A stretch of 64,000 nucleotides of DNA from assembly GCF_036365525.1 (NCBI RefSeq), contig NC_090399.1, forward strand, positions 31,218,430-31,282,429, written 5' to 3'. How positions within the stretch are numbered: the stretch's first letter is position 1; every line of letters begins with the position of its first letter. A program made the translations under genes and the position numbers. The notes beneath the pieces are model-generated. The model was not told where the DNA came from, did not search any database, and was given only the letters and a program-made list of their open reading frames with translations. Source of the DNA: Heterodontus francisci. Lineage: Eukaryota. Below, in pieces: positions 52,101-64,000 of the stretch.

Positions 52101-55100
52101 AGGGTAACGTTGTTGTTGGCTCCCCTTAGCTTCTGCTGTTTTTGCTGGCCAGCCAACCAACTCCTCCACCAGCAACCACCAACCCACCCCGCAACAACTG
52201 TTGACAGCCGCCTGTTCAACACATGCTCCAGTCCTCTCCATGACCATGTGCCTCCATGTGCGCCACCTATCGCACAACAAATAAACCCACAACGGACGTG
52301 CCTCCTAAATTGACCAATTAAAAACAGTCCAGACAGCTAAAATCCGAGTATTATTATTAGAGATATAACTTTTATTAGGGTCAACTTCTGCCTTTGATCA
52401 TGTTCAGATACATTGGACTTCTCAGAACACTTAGTAATATGTAAGTGCATGAGAAGGCTGATAAGCGGCTTTTGCATATGTCAGTATAACACCTGTCAGG
52501 TCCAGGTTTGAATGCAGAGCATAAAAGTGATGTGAGATAACACCAGCGCTTACAATCAAATTGTTGTAATAGATTGGCATCGTGGTGCCAAGCTGTATTT
52601 TGTCATGTCCAGTATACTCATTCGACGCCTGACAAAATTTAATGTCATGCGATAGCGAACTCTGCTGCTCTATCCTAACTCTAAAGGTCAGTTGCTAATG
52701 CACCGTGGAAGCACATATCCATATTTGTCACTGACCTCAATGCCACACGAAACAACAGGAAAAATCAATTCTGCCAACTGCAGAGACACTGGTGACAGAC
52801 TAATAGCTGCAAACTGACTGTAATCATAGTGAAACTTACCTTTCTATAGGAGTGTCGATTGATTGTTGTTCTTTGTTCATATCCTTTGGAACACAAGTTA
52901 AGCTCTGTCAGTGATTACTTGCATAACTTTTTTTTTATATAGCGACACAAAATGGAACATAATTCGTTACCATACACAAAGGATCAGATTGAATTTGACT
53001 CTCATCTTGATTCTGTCATAAAATAAAATATTTACCACTGAAATAGATATTTATGTCGGCCTAATTTATAGGCCTAATCCTAATTTATAAGCCTAATCCT
53101 AATTTATTACATTAAGAATTCCTCTACCAGTTACCTCTAGAGAAATCATAACTGTCTAATTTTAAAGTTAAAAATATATTTTCTCCAATCAGCATTGTAC
53201 TAAACTATTCGAAGCTTTATTCTGGTTATTACGAGATAACAACACAGACAATGAAGTTGGATTGATGAATGCTTCAAGCGCAGACACCCCAAAATAATTT
53301 TACTTAAATTAGACGTCAAAGCAATCTTTAACATGTCACTAGCACAGAGGGAATAAAGGAAATATTCCCACGATGATGAACACATCACTAAGTCATAAGA
53401 GAAAAAATTGACTTGGCCCCAATGTTAACCATATCACCGAAACATTGGGATCAAAGGAATCTTCCCATTATGTTTACCGCACATTGAGACCAGAAGATGT
53501 TTTACTATTTTTATGCTATTGCCAACATATAACAATGAGGGGAAATCGTGCTTCTCTATAGTCACATCAATGCGGATATACACTGTCACATTTAAATAAA
53601 ATGTCTGCACATAACTTGAAATACCAGAAGTATCCAGGATACAAGCCTTGGAGCGTTGGGTTTAATCAATATCCATCAATGTAATACAAGTTTTCAAGGT
53701 GTTCCTCACCACAGCAGGACTGGTAATGCCTGTTTGATCTTGGAGCGTGATGGGCATCCTTGGAACTGTACTAAAGAATGACTAAGCCTTCCCCTCCCTA
53801 TCTGTGAAAAACTAAACGTGACGGACAGGCATGTTTCCTATGCCTACTTAATATCAGTTGAGTAGATACAAAATATAATGGCTCAGATTTTGCAGGTGAA
53901 AGAACAGGGCTTGCTGGTAACCTCGCTGACAGCTGCCCAGGCATCCGATAAATTGACCTGCCATCTATTGTGGGGGTTGGGGAGGTTGGAGTTCTAAGGC
54001 ACTTGTTAGCAAGGCAGGAAACAGTGAGGCTCTTCAACCAATAAGATTGAACAATCCTTATTGGAAGACGCATGCTCATCTTGAGTGGTGGCACAGAATG
54101 GATGGCATCAGATTGGCTGCCAGCTATAACAGTGCATGACATTTAATCCCATTGAGTGCAGTGCAACCAAATATCAGGTACTGTGTATAACCAGTGGTCA
54201 ATCTTATATCACCTGATTTATACCACAACCTGAGATGAATTTCTAGCCCAGAGTCTAAACCAGGAATTGTAAAACAAGCAGTATAAATTAGTTCTAATCA
54301 TGCACGGAAAGCAAAATGCAGATTGTAAAATACTGATGGGATTAAAAGAGAGAGATTTTAAAAAAACAGGGAGAAGAAGTTAATGTGTATACATTATCTG
54401 ATTAGAAAAAAAAATGCAGGGCTGCAGCTAAAAGCCAGTGAAGTGGGACTGGCATGGATATAATGGACTGAATGGCCTCTTTCTGTGTGTAAATATTCTA
54501 TGAGTCTATGATATATTTGTACGTAAATCTCCAACACTATTTATCTTTCAAGGGAATGAGACTTCACACTTGTAAAATAAATTTTTCAAAGTCAGAGAGG
54601 TTGTTTGGCTGTAATTAGCACAACGTACAAAAGTTACTTACTTCTGAATTCACCAGTTCTAACTATTTTCCACCATTCATAGTGGGAAACCTGTGGGAAA
54701 ATAGCCCAAGTTCAAGCCGTTGCATTGCTCTCAGTGCCAAGACCATTGGCAAGGACTCCAACAGTGAACTCTATGGAGGAGTGGGCTAACTCCGAGGGCA
54801 TCTTCCCAATTTCCACACTTAACTGCACAGGTGCAGACACTAAAATATGCTGTTAGATTTACCCCATTATATCAATGAGCATTGTTAGTCACATAGTTAT
54901 TGTTATCGCAAAATCTGGCCCATTATACATTCCTTTTCTAATATTTATATATGATATTCATTTCCAGCAGCAGGACAGTTATTTCTACAACCTAATATAT
55001 AATATATGAGTTGGGTATATGTTGTCCAAACCTTATTCTGGGAATAAAAACGAAATACTGTGGATGCTGGAAATTTGAAATAGAAACAAAAAGTTCTGGA

Positions 55101-56145
55101 AATGCACAACAGGTCTGGCAGAATCTGTGGAGAGAAAAACAGAGTTAATGTTTCAGGTTTGTGACCTTTCATCAGAATAGGCAAGGTTAGAAATATAATA
55201 GGCTTCGAGCAAGTGAAAGCGGGGACGGTGGGGGAGAAGAATAAAAGGGAAGGGCTCTGACAGGGCAGATGGCAGGAGAAATTAAATGATAAAGATGTCA
55301 TGGAATAAAACGTAAAGAGAGTAGTAATAGGCAACGTAAACGACAAAACATTTGTCCAGAGAGAATTTTAATGCCATAATAATGAACAGCTCGGTCCAAA
55401 AGCAAAAACATGAAAAACAAGTTTAAGACTGGTACATGGTCAATGAAAAAGAACCACCAAAATTTCAGTCATAATCTGAAGTTGTTGAACTCAGTATTGA
55501 GCACATAAGACTGTTGAGTGCCTAATTGGAAGATAAGGTGCCATTCCTTGAGCTTGCGCTGAGCTTCACTGGAACACTGCAGCAGGCCAAGGACAGAAAT
55601 TTGGACATGAGAGTAGGGTGGTGAATTAAAATAGCAAGAAACCGAGCGCTTGGGTAATGCTTGCAGGCTGAGTGGAGCTCTTCCACATAGCAGCAACCCA
55701 ATCTGCATTTGGTCTCCCCAGTGTAGAGGAGATAGAGGATCTGGATCGGCGCAGGCTTGGAGGGCCGAAGGGCCTGTTCCTGTGCTGTAATTTTCTTTGT
55801 TCTTTGTTTTTTTGAGATCGCATTGTGAACAGCGAATACAGTATACTAAATTTAAAGAAGTACAAGCACATTGCCATTCACCTGGAAGGAGCGTTTGGGG
55901 CCTTGAATGGTGAGGAGAGGGAGGATGTAAAAGGACAGGTATTACACTTCCTGTGATTGCATCGGAAGGTGTCGTTGGAAGGTGTTGAGCTGTCGGAGGT
56001 GGTGAAGGAGTGGACCAGGGTATGGAGAGGGAACGGTCCCTTTGGAATACTGACAGCAGAGGGGAGATGTGTTTGGCGGTGCCATGTAGTTTCAAGTGAT
56101 GTGATTTGCCTTATTGTTGGGTTACTTACCAGATTTGCATTCCTG
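37103..56145 (-). CDS. Putative gene C: chain of small cytoplasmic-type exons (56145-56130, 52904/52883-52840, 45122-45088, 37157-37103) of a further receptor paralog whose 5' part lies outside the window
   Basis: Three strong gtaag donors with phase-compatible acceptors (0-1, 1-0, 0-2, 2-stop). The 35-nt exon PKVLQSTHKIR resembles gene A MKDLRPELEIR, and both end AATCAG|gt. Minus-strand AATAAA at 36688-36683. Confidence 0.35.
37906..39751. repeat. Pair of ~162-bp inverted repeats (37906-38067 and 39589-39751)
   Basis: About 90% identical by eye as reverse complements, e.g. ttagtgctcaccgtcattactccactgaagctgacaacaactttggaga. Confidence 0.8.
39285..43090 (-). mobile_element. CR1/L2-clade LINE (second family), split by insertions between about 39558 and 41956
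   Basis: RT remnants DKSNPANYCPISLL, FTDDC, LKKLDT. The two halves join almost contiguously when compared with the plus-strand copy at 47215-47300. Confidence 0.8.
39830..41922 (+). mobile_element. Young 5'-truncated CR1 LINE (RT region)
   Basis: ORFs 39724-40452, 40403-41494 and 41413-41838 separated by two frameshifts; [18 protein letters not shown]; (TTCTTTG)n tail. Confidence 0.95.
43225..43495 (-). mobile_element. V-SINE (HE1-like)
   Basis: Reverse-complement match to the 60649-60998 SINE. Confidence 0.8.
46000..47555 (+). mobile_element. Degenerate CR1/L2-clade LINE (RT to 3' end)
   Basis: [44 protein letters not shown]; tail cccatgaatgaataaaaa. Confidence 0.88.
47860..48200 (-). mobile_element. 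tRNA-derived SINE (same family as 26932-27312)
   Basis: Contains ccctaaaggacattcgtgaaccagatgggc and the family tail in reverse orientation. Confidence 0.75.
48280..48560 (+). mobile_element. Deu-domain SINE remnant (SacSINE1/AmnSINE-like)
   Basis: gtgctgagggagtgttgtattgttggaggt...ttaaacc...gaagaacaagggagttctc; matches the Deu-SINE core as recalled. Confidence 0.6.
49800..50310 (-). mobile_element. CR1 3' fragment
   Basis: QQRFTRLIPGLRVLSYDKRLSQLGLYSLEFRR. Confidence 0.85.
50350..50665 (+). mobile_element. CR1 3' fragment
   Basis: CR1 3' coding end and UTR with cctactactcctgttcctatttctt tail. Confidence 0.7.
55045..56085 (-). mobile_element. Penelope-like element 3' part (GIY-YIG + terminal repeat), with an 80-bp CR1 tail inserted at 55734-55813
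   Basis: NLVYCIRCSQC...ISVLGLLQCSSEAQRKLKEWHLIFQLGT...NTEFNNFR. The insert matches the CR1 end at about 41840-41922 and is flanked by GAGAT duplications. Confidence 0.85.
55144..55178 (-). ncRNA. Minimal type I hammerhead ribozyme motif in the Penelope terminal repeat
   Basis: Minus strand reads att-CTGATGA-aAGGTcacaaACCT-GAAA-ca-TT-aac: canonical core with stem II; stems I and III imperfect. Confidence 0.55.
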
Positions 56146-56394
56146 CTAAAGGAAACGAGGTCAAACTACCGCCAAAATAAATTATGGGGACATAAATATA
56201 AAACATACTAGCAGGTCTCCCCTATCATTGTTCATGGTGAATAGGACTGTGCACTGCTTTATAATAACGGTAAACTTAGTAAAGAAAATTACTGATAAAA
56301 TGTTACAAGTATGGGTGTTATTTACAGGAAGTGCTTGTTATGTGTAAGATACTTATTATATTGCAAATATATCCTTGAGACATTAAGCCATTCC

Positions 56395-56790
56395 AGCTTT
56401 GCTTAGTTGGCAATATTAAATGGTGACAGTTGTGGATTCAAACAATGCTCCAGAAACTGAGCACATAAACATCCCTGGCATTGCCGTCCAGTGCTGAGGG
56501 AGTGCTGCACTGGCAGAGATTCCTCATTCAGTAAGGTGCTAAACAGATTCCTGTCTGCCTGTTCCAGTGGACAAAACGTCACATTGCCCCATTCAAAGAA
56601 GAGTAGGCTGTTCTCCCAGTGTGCTGGTCAGTATTCTTCATATAAGCAACCCCACTAAGAACCAGTTGAATGGTTATTACTCTCAGTTGCTGTTTGTGAC
56701 ACTTTGCAGTGGTCAAATTGTCTGTCACATAATCTATTGGTTGCTGTGTGCTTTGTGAGTCCCCACTAATAACTGTGAAATAAAGATGCA
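56395..56790 (+). mobile_element. Deu-domain SINE remnant
   Basis: gtgctgagggagtgctgcactgg...aaagaagagtagg...ttgctgtttgtg...caaattg core. Confidence 0.6.
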
Positions 56791-58809
56791 CCTTCTTGCT
56801 TATGTTTGGCAAATTAACTGACTGAATTTTAAAAGAAACAAAAAAATATATTTCAACAAAGTCAATTGAAACAATTAAAATTTGAAACTATTGAGAATCT
56901 GAAAAGATTGGTTGGAGCATTGGGTTTCACCCCTACACAATATTACACTTCGTTCAAGTCAATGGGCGGGGTGGGTAAACCCAACGTTGCACCTGATCCT
57001 ATGGGATTCCTTCCCGGATGGATTTCCATATTGACGTCGATAGTAGCGAATAGCAGGTGGGCCAACCCCACCCATCACCGCCCGTATCAAATTTCACCCC
57101 AATGTCTCTTAGAACATCAGACAATGGAATGTCTCGGGTATTCATACACTAACATCACAAATAGATTGGAATCATTGAATAGAACAGTACAGCATAGAAG
57201 GAGGCCACGTGGCCTGACGAGTCTATCCTAGCCATTTCGCAGAGCAATCCAGTTAGTCCCACTTCCTCACTATTTCCCCATTTCCCTGAAACTTTCCCCA
57301 TTCTTCAAGAACGTATCCATTTCCCTGGAATTGTAAACTTGCTGCCCCGACACAACTTTGAGCTTCTCCACTTTGCATGACTACATACAGACTCTGTGAA
57401 TTAGAGGCCTATTAATGAATGGAATTGTAATTATCGACACTGATGGCAGGTTTGTTAAATGGAACAGAAGAAAAGCAATGGTGCCTTATGATAAAGCAGA
57501 TCCCAGAGACTGAGGACGTGCATTCTTGAACAAATGTAGCAAACTTTTCTAAAGAGATGAATATGAACAATTTTAAGAATATAAAATATTTTAATGCTGG
57601 CCATTTGCGCTCTGAATAAGATTTTGTATAAAACAAAGCCATCAAATGTTCTACAACAACTGTAATGGCACCGTTTGAAAAGCCTGGTTTTAGGGATTTC
57701 TCCTGAACCATAACTTATGGATCAAACTGTAATCTTTTCGACCAGTTTTAAACCTTTGGATAATTTTTTTGAGGTTCTAATATCCCCATGGAAGCTTATA
57801 TTGTTTGTCGATAAATTAACAAACAGATTTTCATACCCACCGTGGAAGTGATTTCTGCAATCTTGTGGTTTCTTGTCTGCAAAGCAAGAAATTGAAAGAA
57901 GTCAATTGCATGTGCTCATACCACAACAACAATATCAACTACTACTTATATTTAGATAGCACCTTTGATACGTTCATTATAAAACAAAATATGGCACAGA
58001 GCCACATAAGGAATATTAAATGAGATGACCAAAAGCTTGGACAAAGATCTGGCTTTCAAAAAGTGTATAATAGGAAGAAAGTGAGGAGAGGGGCGGAAAG
58101 GTGTAGGGAGGGCTTTCCACAGTTTTGTAACATAGTAAAATAGAAAAACCTAATACACAGAAGAACGCCGTTTGGCCCATCATGTCTATGTTGGTCGAAA
58201 ATGAGTTATCCATCCTAATCGTACCTTCCAGCACTTGGTCTGTAGCCCTTTAAATTACAGAACTTCAAGTGCTTTTTTAATGTGATGTGTTTCTGCCTCT
58301 ACCCCACTTTCAGGCAATGAGTTCCAGAGCTTCACTACCATCTGATGAAAATAATTACTGCTCAACTCCCCTCTAAACCTTTCACCAATTCCTCTGCGCA
58401 TTTCCTATCATATGAAGGTCTACTTACTAACAATTTCTCATATTGGAAAATGAAGAACATCTAATGAAAAGGGAGATACAAAAGGAAAGTGCTTTACCAA
58501 TTACATTTCTTATTACTTAACTTTTAGTTCTTATTGTTGCCAGTTTTGCACACAGAGCAATGCTGACTTCAAAACAATTAATTGTGCGAATAAATATATG
58601 TATATATAAATATGTATGAGACACTTGATAAATCCACAGTATGAATGGAAGTTGTTTCATTTTTGAATGCATTTTACCTTAAAATACATCTCTGGAAAAG
58701 AACAGGCTGAGGGATGGCCCAAGAGAGGCGTGCCACCCATCACCACCTGTATCCAATTTCACCCCAATGTCTCAGGTATTCATATAAGTGTGCACAGAAA
58801 ATCTAGGAA

Positions 58810-59190
58810 GATCATACCAGAAATGCGTGGGTGTACATCTCGGAGAAGGGTGAACAGGCTGGGTCTCTTTTCTCTTGAAAAAGTGGCTGAGAGGTGACGT
58901 CATAGAAGTCTTCAAAATTCTGAAAGGTTTTGATAGAGTGGATATGGAGAGAATGTTTCCATTTGTGGAGAAGAGCATATCTAGAGGCCATCAGTATCAA
59001 ATAGTCACCAAGAAATCCATGAGGAAATTCAGAAGAAATTTTTTTGCCTGAAGAGTGTTGAGAATGTGAAACTCGCTACCACAAAGCGTGGTTGAAGTGA
59101 ATAGCATAGATGCATTTAAGGGGAAGCGAGACAAGCATATGAGGGAGAAAGGAATAGAGGATTATGGTGATAGATTTTGATGAGGAAATA
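58810..59190 (+). mobile_element. CR1 3' fragment
   Basis: RVNRLGLFSLEK...IEVFKILKGFDRVD remnant. Confidence 0.8.
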
Positions 59191-59419
59191 TTACTGGACT
59201 TGCCCCATTTCTAAAAGATATTTGCCCAGACTTTGTGATCAGTGGCGAAGGAACGGCGCTGGCTTACCACAAAATCCATTTTTCAGGGGCTTTTGAGAAG
59301 GGATTTGCTGTCACCGGGCTTCATCTCCAACGCTGCGCCCTCTACAGGGGATCTGTGCCATGGTGAGCAGGGCAAGAAGCAACGAGGTTCTTCCAGCAAC
59401 CAACTTTGAAAATCCTCAC

Positions 59420-62400
59420 TGAGACAGACAAAAAGTAAAAGGCGGTGGAGTTGCATTGCTGGTTAAAGAGGAAATTAACGCAGTAGTGAGGAAGGATATT
59501 AGCTCTGACGGTGTGGAACCTGTTTGGGTAGAGCTGAGAAAAACTAAGGGGCAAAAAAAGTTAGTGGGGATTGTATATGGACTCCCAAACTGTAGTAGTG
59601 ATGTTGGGAATGTCATTAGATAGGAAATTAGAGACGCATGTGATAAAGGAACAACTGCAATTATGGGTAACTTTAATCTGCATATAGATTGGACAAATCA
59701 AATTAGTCGCAATACCATAGAGGAGGAATTCCTGGAGTATATACGGGATGGTTTTCTTGACCAATACATTGAGGTACCAACTGGAGAACAGGCCATCTTA
59801 GACCGGGTATTGTGTAATGAGAGAGGAATAATTGACAATAAAATTGTGCTAAACCCCTTGGGGACAAGCGACAATAATGTGATAGAATTCTTCTTCAAGA
59901 TGGAGAGTGACGTAGTTGATTCTGAGACTAGGGTCCTTAATCTTAATAAAGGAAACTATGAAGGTATGAGGCACGAGTTGGCTATGATGGATTGCGAAAC
60001 GTTACTTAATGGAATGATGGTGGATAGACAATGGCAAAAATTCAAAGAGTGCATGGATGAACTGCAACAACTGTTTATTCCTGTCTGGTGCAAAAGTAAA
60101 ACAGGAAAGCTAGCCAAACCATGGCTTCCAAGGGAAATTAGAGATAGCATTAGATCCGAGGAAGAGGCATGCAAATTCGCCAGGAAAAACAACAGAGCTG
60201 AGGATTGGGGGCAGTTTAGAATTCAGCGAAGGAGGACAAAGGGATTGAATAAGAAGGGGAAAATAGAGTACGAGAGTAAGATTGTGGGGAACAGAAAAAA
60301 CTGACTGTAAATGTTTCTGTAGGTATGTGAAGAGAAAAAGATTGGTGAAGACAAATATAAGTCCCTTATAGTCAGAAACAGGGGAATTTATTATGGGGAA
60401 CAAAGAAATGGCTGACCAACTAACTGCACATTTTGGTTCTGTCTTCACAATGGAGGACACGAATAACATGCTAGAAATGTTGGGGAACACAGGGTTTAGT
60501 GAGAGGGAGGAGCTGAAGGAAATCAGTATTATTAGAGAAATGGTGTTGGGGAAATCGATGGGACTGAAGGCTGATAAATGCCCAGGGCCTGATAATCTAC
60601 ATCCCAGAGCACTTAATGAGGTGGCCCCAGAAATAGTGGATGCATAGTAGGGCGGCACAGTGGCACAGAGGTTAGCACCGCAGCCTCACAGCTCCAGCGA
60701 CCTGGGTTCAATTCTGGGGACTGCCTGTGTGGAGTTTGCAAGTTCTCCCTGTGTCTGCATGGGTTTTCTCCGTGTGCTCCGGTTTCCTCCCACAAGCCAA
60801 AAGACTTGCAGGTTGGTAGGTAAATTGGCCATTATAAATTGCCCCTAGTATAGGTAGGTGGTAGGGAAATATAGGGACAGGTGGGGATGTGGTAGGAATA
60901 TGGGATTGGTGTAGGATTAGTGTAGATGGATGGTTGATGGTCGGCACAGACTCGGTGGGCCGAAGGGCCTGTTTCAGTGCTGTATCTCTAAACTAAACAT
61001 TGGTGGTCATCTTTCAAGATTCTCCAGACTCTGGAACAGTTCCTACAGACTGGAGGGTAGCTAATGTAACCCGCTTTTCAAAAAGGGAGGTAGAGAGAAA
61101 ACAGGGAATTATAGACCAGTCAGCCTGACGTCGGTAGTGGGGAAAATTCTAGAGCCCATTATCAAAGACTTTATCGCAGAACACTTGGAGAACAGTGGCA
61201 GAATCGGACAGAGTCAGCATGTATTTACGAAAGGGAAATCATGCTTGACAAATTTACTAGAATTCTTCGAGGATGTAACTAGTTGAGTTGATGAGGGGGT
61301 GACAGTGGATGTGGTTTATTTGGACTTTCAGAAGGCTTTTGACAAAGTCCCACATAAGATTAAAATTAAAGTGCATGGGATTGGGAGTAGTGTATTGCGA
61401 TGCATATAAAATTGGTTGGCAGGCAGGAAACAAAGAGTAGGAACAAATGGGTCTTTTTCCGACTGACAGGCAGTGACTATTGGTGTACCACAGGGATCAG
61501 TGTGAGGACCCCAGCTATTCACAATATGTATTAATGATTTAGATGAGGGAACTAAATGTAACATCTCCAGATTTGCAGATGACACAAAACTGGGTCGGAG
61601 GGTGAGTTGTGAGGAGGATGCAGAGAGGCTTCAGGGTGATTTAGACAAGTTGGGTGAGTGGGCTAATGCATGGCAGATGCAGTATAATGTGGATAAATGT
61701 GAGGTTATCCACTTTGGTAGCAAAAACAGGAAGGCAGATTATTATCTAAATGGCTATAACCTGAGAGAGGGGAATATGCAAAGAGACCTGGGTGTTCTCA
61801 TACATCAGTAACAGAAGGTAAGCATGCAGGCGCAACAGGCGGTAAAAAGGGCAAATTGTATGTCGGTCTCTATAGCGTGAGGTGTCTAGTACAGGAGCAG
61901 AGATATCTTACTGCAATTTTACAGGGCCTTGGCGAGGCCACACTTGGAATACTGTGTGCAGTTTTGGTTTCCTTACCTGAGGAAGGATGTTCTTGCCATA
62001 GAGGGAGTGCAGCAAATAATTACCAGACTGATTCCTGGAATGGCGGGACTGAAGTATGAAGAGAGATTGAGTCGGTTAGGATTATATTCGCTGGAGTTCA
62101 GAAGAGTGAGGGGGGATCTCATAGAAACCTATAAAATTCTAACAGGACTTGACAGGGTAGATTCAGGAAAGATGTTCCCGATGGTGGGGGAGTCCAGAAC
62201 CAGGGTTCATAGTCTAAAGATACAGGGTAAACGTTTCAGGACTGAGATGAGGAGAAATTTCTTCACCTAGCGAGTGGTGGGTTGTGGAATTCGCTAGCAC
62301 AGAAAGCAGTTGAGGCCAAAACGTTGTTTGTTTCCAAGAAGGAGTTAGATATAGCTCTTGGGTCTAAAGGGATCAAAGGATATGGGGGAAAGCGGAAACA

Positions 62401-62507
62401 GGTTACTGAGTTGGATGATCAGCGATGATCATAATGAATGGTAGAGCAGGCTCGACTGGCCGAATGGCTTACTCCTGTTACTATTCTCTATGTTTCTATG
62501 TTTCTAT
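59420..62507 (+). mobile_element. Degenerate CR1 LINE ORF2 (APE-RT), interrupted by a SINE
   Basis: MGNFNLHIDW, LGTSDNN, DKCPGPD, FADDTK, RPHLEYCVQFW; (TATGTTTC)n tail. Confidence 0.92.
60649..60998 (+). mobile_element. Young full-length V-SINE (HE1-like) inserted into CR1
   Basis: A/B-box head, V domain, CR1-type tail, (CTAAA)n end; host CR1 sequence gtggatgcat|tggtggtc resumes after it. Confidence 0.9.
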
Positions 62508-64000
62508 CTAAATCGGTAAGTATAAAGTAGAAGGTATAAATTATGTACAGAAAGCGACATAAAAATTTGGGGAAAATGGAATGAAGAGAGATAAAAGAGA
62601 CATGCATAAAGGTTATTTTTAAATCTCCATAATAACGTTGAGCGCTTTTCGCCCTACCCTTATTCCCAACGCAAAACCTGGGCCATTGTTCTGCATAACT
62701 ACTTGCACTTACATAGAGGCTTTAATGTTGAAAAAATCCTCAAAGTACTTTTTAAGACTTAAGGAAATTGAGTCAATAATGAGGTCTTGAATGAGAGATG
62801 GGCTTGAATGATTGTCTTAGAGGAATACAAGTGGAATTGCACTGGCTTTAGGGAGAGAATTGCAGAACCTATATGGGGCGGAAGGAATGGGCACCATTGG
62901 TGGAGCAAAGTGACGCCGAATATACAAGAGACCGGCATCCGTTGAAGGGAGAATTCTGGGATGTATGGTGAATGCAGTTAGAATCTCTACAGTTGGCTAC
63001 TCATTAGATGTAATTTTAACTTTGCCGAAGTTGCAAAATTGGCGAAATCATATTGGCTGTCCATTGAACACCCGTTCGATTTTTCTGTCATTAAATTCAA
63101 TAGAAATGAAAATTGGATCTGGTGAATAATGTCATCTGATATGTGTCAGCCCTTTTCACCGGACTGCCTATCTCTTCCTGAGGTCTGCTCCTGCCCTCTT
63201 CACTTTTCTGTCACCTATAACGCTAACCCCCAGTGAACACCACTGTACATGTCTTCTCAGTCTGAAAAAACTGATTTTCCTTCCATTGAAATCAATAGAA
63301 GAATAATATGAAGGTAAAAGTGTGAGATCCTCTTGCCCCAGATTTTCTATGCCTTCGTTCAGGGGAAGCTTTTATAGATAGCCTTTAATATAGAAAAATG
63401 GCTCCAAAGCACTTCACAAATTCTCGAAGAAACTCTGACGCAACAAAGACGAGGAAATGAAAAGATGTGGCTTTGGCCCCTTCAGAGATGAGTTCCAAAG
63501 GATTGCTAAATTAGTGCCCACAAAGATCACAAGGAATGGATATGAATGAACAATTGGAACAGATGTTATTTGTCTCTTCCAACCAGCACTTTAGATGTCT
63601 CCTGTCGAGTCCTGAATAATTCCAACACTGCACTTCGGGGCACCTAGCAGCAATGTCACTTATATTGCACATACAGCTGGAAACATTACAAAGAACATGC
63701 ATTTCATGCACAAATGGTGCAGTTGTTTCCCTGGTCATTAATACTTCTGCATATGAAAATTGCATTGTGAGGAATATGTAGATGAAGAAGCTCTTGCATC
63801 TATAGAAAAGTGCCTCACCTATTTTTGGACAGTGCAGCTCAAGGTGGAATTATGCCGCTCATAAACTTAATGTTGCTGCAAGAATAGAGTCTGTTCAGTA
63901 ATCTGAAGATGAATGCGTATAAATCTTGTCTGTTGCACTACGCTGATATTCCAGACTTTTCTTTTATAATTTGGGTGATTTTTTTTCCATGTTCAGGAAG

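Noticed and set aside
57412-57711. Possible exon with good acceptor near 57549 on the minus strand
   Set aside because: No donor or recognisable domain; not phase-linked to the gene C chain.
63511-63765. Cys-rich 84-aa ORF
   Set aside because: No recognisable domain spacing and no supporting splice sites.
1-64000. Prokaryotic systems (CRISPR, operons, retrons), rRNA or true tRNA genes
   Set aside because: Sequence is intron-rich vertebrate DNA; the RT ORFs are LINE/Penelope and the tRNA-like boxes are SINE heads; no repeat-spacer arrays seen.

Overview
Eukaryotic vertebrate DNA, almost certainly from a cartilaginous fish (shark): it carries HE1-type V-SINEs, Deu-domain SINEs, abundant CR1 LINEs, RTE, Tx1 and Penelope elements. 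Roughly half of the window is retroelement debris, often nested. The host-gene content is a cluster of NCR3/NKp30-family receptors with a single VJ-type Ig domain. Gene A (minus strand) has a leader at 11525-11483, a V exon at 5491-5153 and a stalk/TM exon at 4745-4608, followed by several small cytoplasmic exons; its TM is uncharged and the tail models I could build have no Tyr motif. Gene B (plus strand) has a V exon at 19510-19851 and a TM exon at 26065-26154 with an NKp30-type TM arginine. The two genes are head-to-head and look like an activating / non-activating pair. A chain of small minus-strand exons (56145 to 37103) may be the cytoplasmic end of a third paralog whose V/TM exons lie beyond the window. 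Other notable items: hammerhead-ribozyme motifs in Penelope ends, a TSD-flanked 223-bp Penelope-derived fold-back insertion, two independent LINE insertions near the same spot of the Penelope GIY-YIG motif, and a young RTE/BovB-like insertion. Exon models were built by eye from splice consensus and phase; TE boundaries are approximate; no database searches were run.
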